IMG/VR virus record: IMGVR_UViG_3300042807_000304
Location: 1 to 38,099 of that record
Length of the DNA stretch: 38,099 nt
From: a virus
Lineage: Duplodnaviria; Caudoviricetes
Reading direction: 5' to 3' (one strand)
This document shows positions 19,667 through 28,060 of the stretch, one piece after another; the first letter of the stretch is position 1; every line of letters begins with the position of its first letter. The notes under the pieces are model-generated. The model saw nothing but the letters and a program-made list of their open reading frames with translations, had not been told where the DNA came from and ran no database searches. The translations under genes and the position numbers were made by a program.

Positions 19667-19837
19667 CTACTCGCGTGTGGCCAATAGACCCATGGTTATA
19701 CCTGCAAGACCCAGTGAAACGGCCAGTACGGGCGTCTCAGAGGCCGAGAAGGCCGCAATCACGGATGCTCCGGCTAGTACCGCGGCTAATACCGCAGGCC
19801 AGACGAGATCCCTGAGGCGTGACAGCCAGTCGGGCAT
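19667..19837 (-). CDS. 56 aa membrane protein (MPDWLSRLRDLVWPAVLAAVLAG...)
   Basis: Manual ORF with two hydrophobic segments. Confidence 0.65.
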   Translation of the reverse strand: MPDWLSRLRDLVWPAVLAAVLAGASVIAAFSASETPVLAVSLGLAGITMGLLATRE

Positions 19838-19839
19838 GG

Positions 19840-20142
19840 TTACTTGACCGGACGGGTACGGCCCTTTAGACGTGAGCTTGCGTCACGAATTGGGGTTCCG
19901 GACTCGTTGATAAGGCGGCGAGCCTTACCGTAGGTGATGCCAAGTTCCTTGGCTACCTCAACAACTGGCTTTCCAGTTGAGTAAAGCTGTGCTGCAGCTT
20001 GCGCGTTGACTTCGGCCATGATGGCTTTTCCTTTCGTAGTGTGTACTTTTGTTTTTGTTTCCTGAGGCTCGACTGGATTTGCATCCATCCAAGCTCGGCT
20101 CTTAGCGTGCAGAGCCTTTGCCTCGGCCAGCAGCGAGCTCAC
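19840..20142 (-). CDS. Small HTH DNA-binding protein (alternative start 20019)
   Basis: YSTGKPVVEVAKELGITYGKARRLI; strong RBS ACGAAAGGA before ATG 20019. Confidence 0.75.
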   Translation of the reverse strand: MSSLLAEAKALHAKSRAWMDANPVEPQETKTKVHTTKGKAIMAEVNAQAAAQLYSTGKPVVEVAKELGITYGKARRLINESGTPIRDASSRLKGRTRPVK

Positions 20143-20453
20143 GGCTGCTGCTTTCCAAGGATTTCCTTTACCGCGCGGAATACAACAGTGTTCCTCGGAA
20201 CGAAGTTGTTTTCGCTATGGCAGGCAAAGCATAGGTACTCATTACGGCGATGACCTGGGTCGCGAAACACCAGCTCATCTGAACCGCACTTATCACACGC
20301 TTGCTTGGTTGGGTTCTTGCGAGCCCAAGCGCGTGCATGTTCGGCGCACACGAGCTGTTCACCACGGTCGTACACCAGAACGTTTTGCTCATTGCAAACC
20401 GCGCAGGTGTCGTAGACGTAGATCTGCTCACGCTGAATGGTACCTTTGTCCAT
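20139..20453 (-). CDS. Cys-rich Zn-finger-like protein
   Basis: CxxC..CxxH..CxxC..CxxC. Confidence 0.75.
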   Translation of the reverse strand: MDKGTIQREQIYVYDTCAVCNEQNVLVYDRGEQLVCAEHARAWARKNPTKQACDKCGSDELVFRDPGHRRNEYLCFACHSENNFVPRNTVVFRAVKEILGKQQP

Positions 20454-20472
20454 GCTTTACCTTCCTGTAAAA

Positions 20473-20754
20473 CTATAATCCTCGACGGCGTCTTTTGTAA
20501 AACCGTGGTCCATGTTCTCTTGGACCAGGGCGACTTGGATAAACCGCGCCGAGTAACGCAAGTGAATTGTCTAGTCTCTCGCGATTGCGTGTTCGTTTGA
20601 ATAGAACGATACCTCCGATGATTAGACCTAACCCAGCCATTACGCCTAGGTGTAGATCAAGCATCAGTGCGTTGTGGATGTAGACTACCAACCACCAATC
20701 TTCAATTGACAGTGCGAAATACGCTTCGTGCATGTTTTGCCCTTTCATTAGCAA
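20473..20754 (-). CDS. Putative small membrane protein (start uncertain)
   Basis: Hydrophobic segment and basic tail; fills the gap. Confidence 0.5.
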   Translation of the reverse strand: MLMKGQNMHEAYFALSIEDWWLVVYIHNALMLDLHLGVMAGLGLIIGGIVLFKRTRNRERLDNSLALLGAVYPSRPGPREHGPRFYKRRRRGL

Positions 20755-20971
20755 AGTGGTCTTCAGCTACCGCAAGGCAGTGTCCTGCAAGTAGTAGCAA
20801 CGGAATGCAACCGCCAGCTGTAAGTAACACTGCTGCTGCAAACGCTTCCCAGCTTGGGAAGATGAAGAATGTTGATGCTGCGTACGGGAACCAGGCAGCT
20901 GCCACAAGCGCTAAACCTGCTGCGTAGCGACGGTACCTGTATCCTGCGAACTTGTTGATGTTTAGACTCAT
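20702..20971 (-). CDS. Membrane protein
   Basis: ATG 20971 behind GACGAAAGGA and promoter 21020; two TM-like helices. Confidence 0.75.
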   Translation of the reverse strand: MSLNINKFAGYRYRRYAAGLALVAAAWFPYAASTFFIFPSWEAFAAAVLLTAGGCIPLLLLAGHCLAVAEDHFANERAKHARSVFRTVN

Positions 20972-21036
20972 AGTGGGAAGTCCTTTCGTCTCTGTGTCCC
21001 AGGCTTTCACCTGATAGTACTATTATAACAGGTAGG

Positions 21037-21237
21037 TCAGGAAGATGCAGCCATTTCATCTACCGGTGTTTCTTCCTGAGCTTTACGGGTCTTCCGGTCT
21101 ACTCGCCGCGTAGAGATTTCACACTCCGCAAGCTTGTATCCCTTTGACTTGAGCCAGTCCTTGGCCAGCTGCTCGTTCATGAACTGTCCTACCCAGATTC
21201 CATCGGGCAGGTAGACGCTTACCATCTCGTAGTTCAT
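21037..21237 (-). CDS. Hypothetical (paralog-like to 22040-22180)
   Basis: ATGA coupling. Confidence 0.7.
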   Translation of the reverse strand: MNYEMVSVYLPDGIWVGQFMNEQLAKDWLKSKGYKLAECEISTRRVDRKTRKAQEETPVDEMAASS

Positions 21238-21359
21238 CGGTTCTTCCAGCTCTCGAACTCGTCCGCATCATCCGGGAGCTCGATTGGAAGTTTAGTTCCC
21301 AGCCAGCTTCCAACAGCGGCAGCGGCGAACACGATTACAAGTATGTAGAAGATACTCAT
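21234..21359 (-). CDS. Small single-TM protein
   Basis: MSIFYILVIVFAAAAVGSWLG. Confidence 0.6.
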   Translation of the reverse strand: MSIFYILVIVFAAAAVGSWLGTKLPIELPDDADEFESWKNR

Positions 21360-21363
21360 TGTT

Positions 21364-21582
21364 TTACCCAAACATCTCTGACCAGCAAGCTGGGTGATAA
21401 CCAGTCTTGAGCTGTTCACGGATTGGTGCTGGTGTATTTGGCAAACGCTCTTGAATCAAACCTGAACCATGTTCAAAGTTTATCCAGTCTGCGAAGGTTA
21501 GCTCGACTGTCCCAGTCTTACCGCACCAGGTACACATTGGAGTTTCCACCACGTAGATTTCGTTCATTAGGTCCTTTGTCAT
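21364..21582 (-). CDS. Hypothetical with CxxC/HxxC
   Basis: Behind promoter 21607 and GGAAGGAG. Confidence 0.75.
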   Translation of the reverse strand: MTKDLMNEIYVVETPMCTWCGKTGTVELTFADWINFEHGSGLIQERLPNTPAPIREQLKTGYHPACWSEMFG

Positions 21583-21627
21583 TTTGGCTCCTTCCGCCTG
21601 TTAGTACTATTATATCAGGTAGATCTT

Positions 21628-21807
21628 TTATTTGCCTGAATACTGAATGTAAGTGTAGGCAATTCGACTAAAGTTAGAAGAATGCTTTGTTCTTACTTGG
21701 CGAATAACTTTTTGTTCTGATGCCGAAGCACAAGCCTGAGCGTCTCTGTGGAATGCTGCACCTGCGGCAGGCTTGCCGCAGGAGCCACAATTGAGTTCTT
21801 TACTCAT
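21628..21807 (-). CDS. 59 aa hypothetical (MSKELNCGSCGKP...)
   Basis: Manual ORF; TAATG coupling. Confidence 0.6.
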   Translation of the reverse strand: MSKELNCGSCGKPAAGAAFHRDAQACASASEQKVIRQVRTKHSSNFSRIAYTYIQYSGK

Positions 21808-21947
21808 TAGTTTTTCTTCTTAGGTAGGTCGCGAACAATGAAAGGACCTTCTTGGTCTTCAGGGCTTAGGAACTCGCCTAAATCATTACATTTTTCATCT
21901 GGAGCGTGGCTGCCTAAGCACCAGTGTTTTTCTTGTTCTTTGTTCAT
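21807..21947 (-). CDS. 46 aa hypothetical (MNKEQEKHWC...)
   Basis: Manual ORF behind promoter 21987. Confidence 0.6.
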   Translation of the reverse strand: MNKEQEKHWCLGSHAPDEKCNDLGEFLSPEDQEGPFIVRDLPKKKN

Positions 21948-22039
21948 TTTGTCTCTTCTCTATCAACAACGGCTTTGTTGATAGTTCTATTATATCAGGT
22001 ATATGGAGTGGTACTCGGCAGGGGGTGGGGGGTGTTTCT

Positions 22040-22180
22040 TTACGGGTACTTGCTTGGGCCCATTTCGAGCCTGTAGTCGTTTATGTCCCATCCTTGCTCA
22101 GCTACCCACCGCACGCATACCTCCGCGTTGGCAAACTGAGCTACCCAGTTCCCAGCGGCATCGAACAGATGAACCCACAT
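22040..22180 (-). CDS. 46 aa hypothetical (MWVHLFDAAGNWVAQF...)
   Basis: TAATG coupling to the peptidase gene. Confidence 0.6.
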   Translation of the reverse strand: MWVHLFDAAGNWVAQFANAEVCVRWVAEQGWDINDYRLEMGPSKYP

Positions 22181-22776
22181 TACTTGCTCCTTGCTTTCTT
22201 TCCGTGCTGTGTCTTTACCACGATTGGCTGATTTGAGTAGGCGTCCCACATGCAGGCAACCTCAACGGAACGCCGCACGATGCGAGCTGCCTTCTCTGGC
22301 TCGTCCATAAGCTTTTCAATTCCAAGAGCTACCATCGCTCCAAGAGCTACGTCTCCACCTGAACCACTGTAGTAGATGTTTCGAACCTCACGGTCCCAAG
22401 AGTAGTCTTCAGAAATTGGATAGATAACTCCATTTACGATTACAAGAAGTGGCGAGTCCTGCGTTGCCGCATCACCTTCTGGCTTTGCATCGTAGCCAGC
22501 TTCGATAAAAGCATCGCGCAGCTGAGGAATGAACTTGCGTGTCATGAACTTATCAAGATTTGTGATGTTGCCGATTTCCGGCGGAGCTGGTGGAGTCCAA
22601 CCAAACTGAGCGATGTTGCCACCGCGCGAAGCTCCAGACACAGCAATGAGGTACGCACCATTTTGCACGACCTTTGGTGTTGCAAGATTCATGACACGAC
22701 CAGACTCGTCACTGGCTCGTGAATCGCAGCCAATGACTGCCCAACCATTTCCTTGGAATGCCGCAAGCGTGGTCAT
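22180..22776 (-). CDS. Ntn-hydrolase, HslV/proteasome beta-subunit-like peptidase
   Basis: N-terminal M-TT, IGCDSR, K, SG, GSGG..A.GA, A...D..S pattern. Confidence 0.85.
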   Translation of the reverse strand: MTTLAAFQGNGWAVIGCDSRASDESGRVMNLATPKVVQNGAYLIAVSGASRGGNIAQFGWTPPAPPEIGNITNLDKFMTRKFIPQLRDAFIEAGYDAKPEGDAATQDSPLLVIVNGVIYPISEDYSWDREVRNIYYSGSGGDVALGAMVALGIEKLMDEPEKAARIVRRSVEVACMWDAYSNQPIVVKTQHGKKARSK

Positions 22777-22833
22777 AAATCTCTCCCTATTAGGTATAGA
22801 TCATAAACCACACCTGCAACAGTCTAGGGCAGG

Positions 22834-23160
22834 CTAGGCAGGGTCGACGATGCTAATTGGAACAGTAATCTGGGCAGACTCTGGTCCTGATGGCGTCATG
22901 CGGACGAACCTACCTGTAGGTGCATCAAGTTTGACTACCAGCTTTACCTTCTTGCGTCCTACCACAGTTGCAGTATGACCGATGAGGTACCGCGTACCGC
23001 AGCTATTGTTGAACCGAACCTTGTCACCAATACCGAAGTCAGTGGTGGTTAGGCTGCCTCTGATTGAGTCAAGGCGGTGTTGAACCTTGGTGCTGATTTC
23101 ACCCAGGTTGGTGTCCAAGGCACCCGAGTCTATTTGCTCGAGGAGTGTCTTTATGTCCAT
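22834..23160 (-). CDS. Hypothetical with SH3/KOW-like C-terminus
   Basis: ATG 23160 behind ACGACGAAGGGA; FGIGDKVRF...ATVVG. Confidence 0.75.
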   Translation of the reverse strand: MDIKTLLEQIDSGALDTNLGEISTKVQHRLDSIRGSLTTTDFGIGDKVRFNNSCGTRYLIGHTATVVGRKKVKLVVKLDAPTGRFVRMTPSGPESAQITVPISIVDPA

Positions 23161-23203
23161 GTCGTGTCCCTTCGTCGTTGTTAAATCTATTATATCAGGT
23201 AGA

Positions 23204-23470
23204 TCAGTTCTCGTCTGACCACATGGTCTCGCGTAGTGCGTGTTCGTATTGGTCTCCTCTGTAGGAGTTTGAACCAAAGCTGATATCCTCATTCTGAATG
23301 AGTCTATCGAGACTTAGCACCGCAGTGTGTCCCTCAGCCTCAAACATAATAACGAGCTTGACATCACTCTCGGTTGGGTCATCAACCAGCGCAACCTGGA
23401 ACGGCATTCCTGCCACACCATTTCGGTGGAAGTCCATGTCGATGATGGTTAGGTTCTTTAGTTCACTCAT
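23204..23470 (-). CDS. Conserved phage hypothetical (HRNGVAG.PF...YRGD)
   Basis: ATG 23470 directly after the upstream stop. Confidence 0.75.
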   Translation of the reverse strand: MSELKNLTIIDMDFHRNGVAGMPFQVALVDDPTESDVKLVIMFEAEGHTAVLSLDRLIQNEDISFGSNSYRGDQYEHALRETMWSDEN

Positions 23471-23471
23471 G

Positions 23472-23627
23472 TTATACGTCTGCTTCCTGGGCAGCTCTCT
23501 GTAGAGCTTCCGCGTTGGCACAATCATAGCAAATCTTTTCAACCCGGTCAATGACACCGAGTAAGAATGCAGCTGTTCCCGAGTAGACTAGACTTTCAGT
23601 AGTACCGCATGTTCCGCACTTGTTCAT
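23472..23627 (-). CDS. 51 aa CxxC...CxxC protein
   Basis: Manual ORF with GAAAGGA RBS. Confidence 0.7.
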   Translation of the reverse strand: MNKCGTCGTTESLVYSGTAAFLLGVIDRVEKICYDCANAEALQRAAQEADV

Positions 23628-23687
23628 TTGTTTTCCTTTCCTCGTTGGTGGGGTGGGCAGTTTTGAGAGTTGCCCAGCTCCACGAAA

Positions 23688-23930
23688 CTAAACTGTGTAA
23701 GCTACCTCGTAGCCCTTTTCCAGTTTTTCCTGAACCTTCATCGCAGCGAACTGACGAGCGTAGTGAGCGTCGAAGAAGTTCTGTACCGCAGTCTGGCGGG
23801 ATTCCTTTTCAGCCATTCCCCAAACTGTGCGAACCTTGGTTCCATCGAGGATAACCTCGTAAACCTTTTTCTTACCAACCGCGCCGCGTACTCCGTCGCT
23901 TGTCTTTAGTAAACACCATTTCTTGTTCAT
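23688..23930 (-). CDS. WGR-domain-like protein
   Basis: KVYEV..V...WG....Q...F...A...K..EKLEKGY. Confidence 0.7.
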   Translation of the reverse strand: MNKKWCLLKTSDGVRGAVGKKKVYEVILDGTKVRTVWGMAEKESRQTAVQNFFDAHYARQFAAMKVQEKLEKGYEVAYTV

Positions 23931-24028
23931 GTTTCGTCCTTTCGTCGTTTTACCAAGTTTCCTTGATAGATCTATTATATCAGGTCGACTCCACTTTAGG
24001 GCACGAATTGGAGTATGTTATCAATTTG

Positions 24029-24436
24029 TTACTTAGTGGAGTACAGCTCTGAAAACAGCTCGCGGACATAAACCTTTGGGAGTTCAAGTGCCGCACGTGG
24101 GATTTCCTTTGAGAGGTACACCCAGCTTGTGGCATTCCCAAAGAACGCCGCGCTGTGGTCAGTCCCTGCTTCCCAGAGCCCTACGTCAGTCTTAGAGGTT
24201 TTGATTTCCCAGACGTGAATCGAATCATGGGGAACCAGGTTGAAGGTTATCTCGGGCATCAGAGGGTTTGGCTCGTGGTGAACGTGGTCAAGTAAACGGA
24301 ACCACATGAATTGAAGAGCATCGCCTGGAGTTTCGGCCGCGTAGATCTCGCCGAAGTTTGATTTGAGTCCATCAGCGTTGATGCTACCCAGCACACACTC
24401 GGGTGCCGCGTGGTAAAGCTTCTTAGGAACTGTCAT
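24029..24436 (-). CDS. Putative ADP-ribosyltransferase-fold (Tpt1/KptA-like H-Y) protein
   Basis: LYHAA...LGSINADGL...IYAA...A..F...WVY..EIP. Confidence 0.6.
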   Translation of the reverse strand: MTVPKKLYHAAPECVLGSINADGLKSNFGEIYAAETPGDALQFMWFRLLDHVHHEPNPLMPEITFNLVPHDSIHVWEIKTSKTDVGLWEAGTDHSAAFFGNATSWVYLSKEIPRAALELPKVYVRELFSELYSTK

Positions 24437-24479
24437 TTTGTCTCCTTGCGTCATTGTGTATCTATTATATCAGGCGACT

Positions 24480-24689
24480 CTACTTGGGTTGGATTGGTCC
24501 TTTGTCTCCCATGTACACCATGTCGATCTTTGCGTTCTCTGCTGTTCGCTTTGCATCCGCAACAGCTTTGATCTTTAGCTCGGCTGCCGCAGCCTCGGAG
24601 ATTTCAACTTCATGCTCAACGTAGCGATGTTTCGTCAGGTCAAACACAACCAGGTAGCACTCCGGGCAGCTGGGGAATTCTATTGTCAA
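24480..24689 (-). CDS. Hypothetical with C2H2-like motif
   Basis: CPEC...H...H; AAGGAG RBS. Confidence 0.7.
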   Translation of the reverse strand: MTIEFPSCPECYLVVFDLTKHRYVEHEVEISEAAAAELKIKAVADAKRTAENAKIDMVYMGDKGPIQPK

Positions 24690-24847
24690 TCTGTCTCCTT
24701 CTGTTCTTCAAGAGCTCTCCGCTTCTTTTCAGAGCGGGAGCGATTTCGCTTTGTGCGTCTGTCTTCAAAGATTTGGAACTTCTGGTTTTGGACATACAGC
24801 CCAGGCGTCCCCCGAAGGAGACGCTTGAGCTGACTGTCCTTTTTCAC
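24686..24847 (-). CDS. 53 aa basic protein (...DRRTKRNRSRSEKKRRALEE)
   Basis: Manual ORF; GTGA and TTGA overlaps. Confidence 0.65.
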   Translation of the reverse strand: MKKDSQLKRLLRGTPGLYVQNQKFQIFEDRRTKRNRSRSEKKRRALEEQKETD

Positions 24848-25050
24848 TTTGCTGCCATCTCCTGAAGTACCTTGCCGCGCGAGTTCATAAGAACTATCTT
24901 ACCCTTCGCCCAAGGACCTGTTTGCTGTAGGTGTGCCTCGTCCATGATGAAGTTGATGGCATCGAACACCGCACCTTCATCGTTGACTTGTTCGAAGGTT
25001 CGTGTTGATGTGACTGAACCTAGTTCCGCTGTCAATGTGTATCTGCTCAT
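24844..25050 (-). CDS. Hypothetical protein
   Basis: Behind promoter 25076 and GACGGAAGGAG. Confidence 0.75.
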   Translation of the reverse strand: MSRYTLTAELGSVTSTRTFEQVNDEGAVFDAINFIMDEAHLQQTGPWAKGKIVLMNSRGKVLQEMAAK

Positions 25051-25120
25051 TTGAGCTCCTTCCGTCTTGATGTTTCTATTATATCAGGTAGGTGTGACAA
25101 TTTGGAGTAAATATGAGAAA

Positions 25121-25152
25121 AGACCCAGGCAACTTCCCCTGTGCCTGGGCCT
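25121..25152 (-). terminator. Intrinsic terminator
   Basis: agacccaggca...tgcctgggcct with a T-run on minus. Confidence 0.7.
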
Positions 25153-25166
25153 AATCCTCTCTTCGA

Positions 25167-25439
25167 CTATGCGAAGGTTTTTTCACCGCGGCGAATCGCG
25201 GACATGGTCTGCGATGCTTCCTTGGTGTTTGCGACCTGAATCGACTTTCCAGTGTTGGTGTCGAATACGAGGTAGTGGGTCTTGTCGACCGCACGAAGTA
25301 CCGCAAGTGTCTTACGCTTACGGAAATACGCTGGTTCGTAGCTTTTCGGCATACGCACGCCCTTGCCCAATTCGGGAAGAGACTCAGTGCGCGTATACGG
25401 CTTCACTCGCACCAGCTTTTTCTTGGTGGCTGTTGCCAT
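25167..25439 (-). CDS. Basic hypothetical protein
   Basis: ATG 25439 behind GACGAAAGGA. Confidence 0.75.
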   Translation of the reverse strand: MATATKKKLVRVKPYTRTESLPELGKGVRMPKSYEPAYFRKRKTLAVLRAVDKTHYLVFDTNTGKSIQVANTKEASQTMSAIRRGEKTFA

Positions 25440-25653
25440 GTTGCGTCCTTTCGTCATTTGTTTCTAGAGCGAGTTTATCTCGTCTATTATCTATTATAAC
25501 AAGTATCCAGCCTAAAGTAAAACTGAATACGAGTATAAGTAGAAACCTTGAGTAGTAGCTCACCGCGAAGCGGAGAGGTCCTACCGCACCATCACTCAGC
25601 TTTCCTGTGATGGTCATCATGCCCTCATGGGTTTTTTCCATGAACCGCATCAT
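25384..25653 (-). CDS. Putative membrane protein (reads through variant promoter 25491)
   Basis: ATGA coupling; TM segment. Confidence 0.5.
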   Translation of the reverse strand: MMRFMEKTHEGMMTITGKLSDGAVGPLRFAVSYYSRFLLILVFSFTLGWILVIIDNRRDKLALETNDERTQHGNSHQEKAGASEAVYAH

Positions 25654-25844
25654 GAAATTGCGAGTGGGTCACACTCTGGAAGAGCGTGCGTTCTCCATTC
25701 TGTCAGAATGCGCTCAACCACTTCCTCATAGCTTCCGCCACTCTGCTTTCCGAGTAGCCGCAGCGTAATGAAGTCAACTGCATTTGCCTGTGCACTTTCC
25801 TCGTGCTGCTCTTCATTCTGCGAGCAGTGCTGGCACTCGCTCAC
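25650..25844 (-). CDS. Hypothetical protein
   Basis: GTGA coupling. Confidence 0.65.
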   Translation of the reverse strand: MSECQHCSQNEEQHEESAQANAVDFITLRLLGKQSGGSYEEVVERILTEWRTHALPECDPLAIS

Positions 25845-26191
25845 GCGAGCCCAGCTCTCACTAGGATGTCGTGACTCGTGCGAGGAGTTGTGTTGAGCAT
25901 CTCCGCAACAATCTCGAGTGCGCGACGTGAGTCTCCGCCAATGTTCCAGTCAGTTCGCTCATCCATCGCTGGAGTTCCAAGTTCGTATCTCTTCCAGTCG
26001 TAGATGGTTGCTTCAGTTCCATCCTCGAAGCGAAGGCACCACTCGACAGTGAGTTTTCCATCACCTGAGAATGGTTCGACTGCTTCGTCGAATGTTGGTT
26101 TCCCAAACACTGCTTCAATCTCCGCACGGGTCACATTCCAGATGTATCCCATTCCGCTTCCGCCAATGTTTTCATCGTGTTCGAATTTCAT
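25841..26191 (-). CDS. Conserved phage hypothetical (FGKP..DGK..EW..TIYDWK..WNIGG)
   Basis: Behind promoter 26217 and the extended SD. Confidence 0.8.
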   Translation of the reverse strand: MKFEHDENIGGSGMGYIWNVTRAEIEAVFGKPTFDEAVEPFSGDGKLTVEWCLRFEDGTEATIYDWKRYELGTPAMDERTDWNIGGDSRRALEIVAEMLNTTPRTSHDILVRAGLA

Positions 26192-26288
26192 GTTGCATCC
26201 TTTCGTCGTTGTAGTTCTATTATATCAGGTACTTTAGAGATTCTGACCTGTTTTGGAGAAATACTTCAAACTTTTTTAAGAAAAATAA

Positions 26289-26324
26289 GGAACCCCGCAC
26301 CTTTGGGGGAAAGGTACGGGGTCC
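26289..26324 (-). terminator. Intrinsic terminator with C5 loop
   Basis: ggaaccccgcaccttt-ggggg-aaaggtacggggtcc with a T-run on minus. Confidence 0.8.
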
Positions 26325-26341
26325 CAGTCAGGGAGCCTGTG

Positions 26342-26686
26342 TTAGCAGGCTGTGATGAATGTGTAAGGTGTCTGCTTCAGAGTCGCGTCATAAGCTTCTG
26401 GGAAGACCTCAAGGAGCTTCTTCTTGTCGATGCTTGTGTTTGTGCGATGAGCGAGTTTGAAGATCTCTTCACCCTCGACTGCAACTGTCTCTGCGTCGCC
26501 AAGAATCTCGCGCAGGGTTGCTTCTGCCGCAGCCTTTTGTTCATCAAGAACTTTTTGAGCTGCCTTTAGAGCATTGAATGCGTCAAACGCTTTCTTTGCT
26601 TCCTTGCCCGCAACTCCTGAGAGATTGCGAACTGGTGTTTCGACTGAGACCTTGGTCTCAACTGTTTTCTTTACGGTGCTGGCCAT
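26342..26686 (-). CDS. Coiled-coil hypothetical resembling the YqaJ/gp157-type C-terminal segment
   Basis: ..LREILGDAE...SIDKKKLLEVFPEAY. Confidence 0.7.
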   Translation of the reverse strand: MASTVKKTVETKVSVETPVRNLSGVAGKEAKKAFDAFNALKAAQKVLDEQKAAAEATLREILGDAETVAVEGEEIFKLAHRTNTSIDKKKLLEVFPEAYDATLKQTPYTFITAC

Positions 26687-26808
26687 ACGACCACTTCCCT
26701 TCATCTTTATGTCGTTTTATCAAGCGTTTGCTTGATGGTACTATTATAACAGGTGGTTTTGACATTTTGGCCTGTTTTGGAGTATTTCTTTATAACTTTT
26801 TGATAAAC

Positions 26809-27051
26809 CTACTGGTCGGCGACCAGTATCGTGCGAATTGACTCGACCAATGCCTCGTCATCTGGGTAGTCGCAGTTCTCGAAGTCCTCGACAACACGAA
26901 CCCACTGTTCCTGGGTTAGCTCTAGCTCCTCAGACTCTGAGTATTCCCACAGGTCCTCGGCAATCGCCTTTGTGTAGATGGTTGGGACCGCAACGATTTC
27001 ATCGTCCGCGATGTCCTTTAGTCTTTCCAATACTTCGGCTTTTGTGCTCAT
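26809..27051 (-). CDS. Acidic hypothetical
   Basis: Behind promoter 27084 and the extended SD. Confidence 0.75.
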   Translation of the reverse strand: MSTKAEVLERLKDIADDEIVAVPTIYTKAIAEDLWEYSESEELELTQEQWVRVVEDFENCDYPDDEALVESIRTILVADQ

Positions 27052-27086
27052 GCTTTGTCCTTTCGTCGTTTTGTGGTACTGGTCTA

Positions 27087-27335
27087 TTATAACAGGTCAT
27101 CTGTCAAAAGCTGGTACTTTGGAGTAACATGATAGTCATTTGTCCAATAATCTTCTGGGCGGCCTAGCCGCACGAACTCAGCCATGTCCTGGGCAAATGC
27201 CTTCCGGTCCCAGGGAGGAGTATCATCAATCATCTCCAGCTCGCTGGATTCCCAGCTGTTCACCTCGATGAAGACAAGTCCGGAGGCATCTCCAAACTGT
27301 CCGTCATCGGTAAAGTAAAAAACGTTGTTGCTCAA
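27087..27335 (-). CDS. Acidic hypothetical; stop codon inside promoter motif
   Basis: TTGA coupling; TAA at 27087. Confidence 0.7.
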   Translation of the reverse strand: MSNNVFYFTDDGQFGDASGLVFIEVNSWESSELEMIDDTPPWDRKAFAQDMAEFVRLGRPEDYWTNDYHVTPKYQLLTDDLL

Positions 27336-27919
27336 AATAAACCGCTTCCGATTACGCTATTAAACTTGATTGTCCAGCCCAAATGCCCATAGGCGTCTTC
27401 AAGCTTCACGACTCTGGTTGTGTAGGTTTCGATGGTCGATTCCACGACCAGCCCGTCTCCAACGTAGATGCCGATGTGCTCCACGCCTTTGCCTCGCTCA
27501 AATGAAACAAGGTCGCCAGGCTGTGGCACGCCCGTCCATGTTCCGGTCCGGCTTTGCTTGCCGGCCGAATGTTCAAGATCAATTCCAAACTTTGCAAACA
27601 CGTATCTGGTGAAGCCTGAACAGTCCCAGCCTGACGGGGTCGAGCCCGTCTTTACATACGGTACCTGGCCTACATAGGTTAGGGCTTCCGCAACAATGTG
27701 AAGCCTGAGCTCCATTTCTTGTGCCTGTGCCAGCTGCCGTTCGACTGCAAGCCGTTGATCTTGTACGCTGGCCGTCTCGTTGTTTGATTCGACTACGGCG
27801 TTCCACTTATCTTGAATTGACGGATCCGACTCCGTTGCCTGTGCCGCTCCGATGTTTGTCATCAGAACCAAGCCGATCATTAAGACGGCTGCCTTTTCTC
27901 TAGAGCTCAAAGGTTTCAT
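27332..27919 (-). CDS. Secreted NlpC/P60 (C40) cell-wall peptidase
   Basis: Signal peptide; PY..G....GWDCSGF, PQPGDLV.F, HIGIYVGDG. Confidence 0.9.
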   Translation of the reverse strand: MKPLSSREKAAVLMIGLVLMTNIGAAQATESDPSIQDKWNAVVESNNETASVQDQRLAVERQLAQAQEMELRLHIVAEALTYVGQVPYVKTGSTPSGWDCSGFTRYVFAKFGIDLEHSAGKQSRTGTWTGVPQPGDLVSFERGKGVEHIGIYVGDGLVVESTIETYTTRVVKLEDAYGHLGWTIKFNSVIGSGLF

Positions 27920-28060
27920 TTGTATCCCTTCATCTCTCCCGATTCCATTATACCGTCTAGGGCTTTCCGTCCCGCACTATTAACCAAGCCTGTGCCGTTG
28001 CCAGCTTACGAACTGCCCAACCGATTAGGTTGATGAGCTTGCCACGCCAGGTGGTCCGTC

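Noticed and set aside
22020-22034. G-quadruplex (gggggtggggggtg)
   Set aside because: Only two long G-runs; insufficient support.
25121-26324. These two terminators as members of the anti-RBS hairpin set
   Set aside because: The 25121 loop is purine-rich on the transcript and the 26289 loop gives only ~6 bp with its leader; kept as counter-examples.
27955-28005. c-di-GMP-I/GEMM riboswitch (GGGACGGAAAGCC)
   Set aside because: Only one short segment matches, the second stem consensus is missing, and the element lies upstream of the apparent -10.
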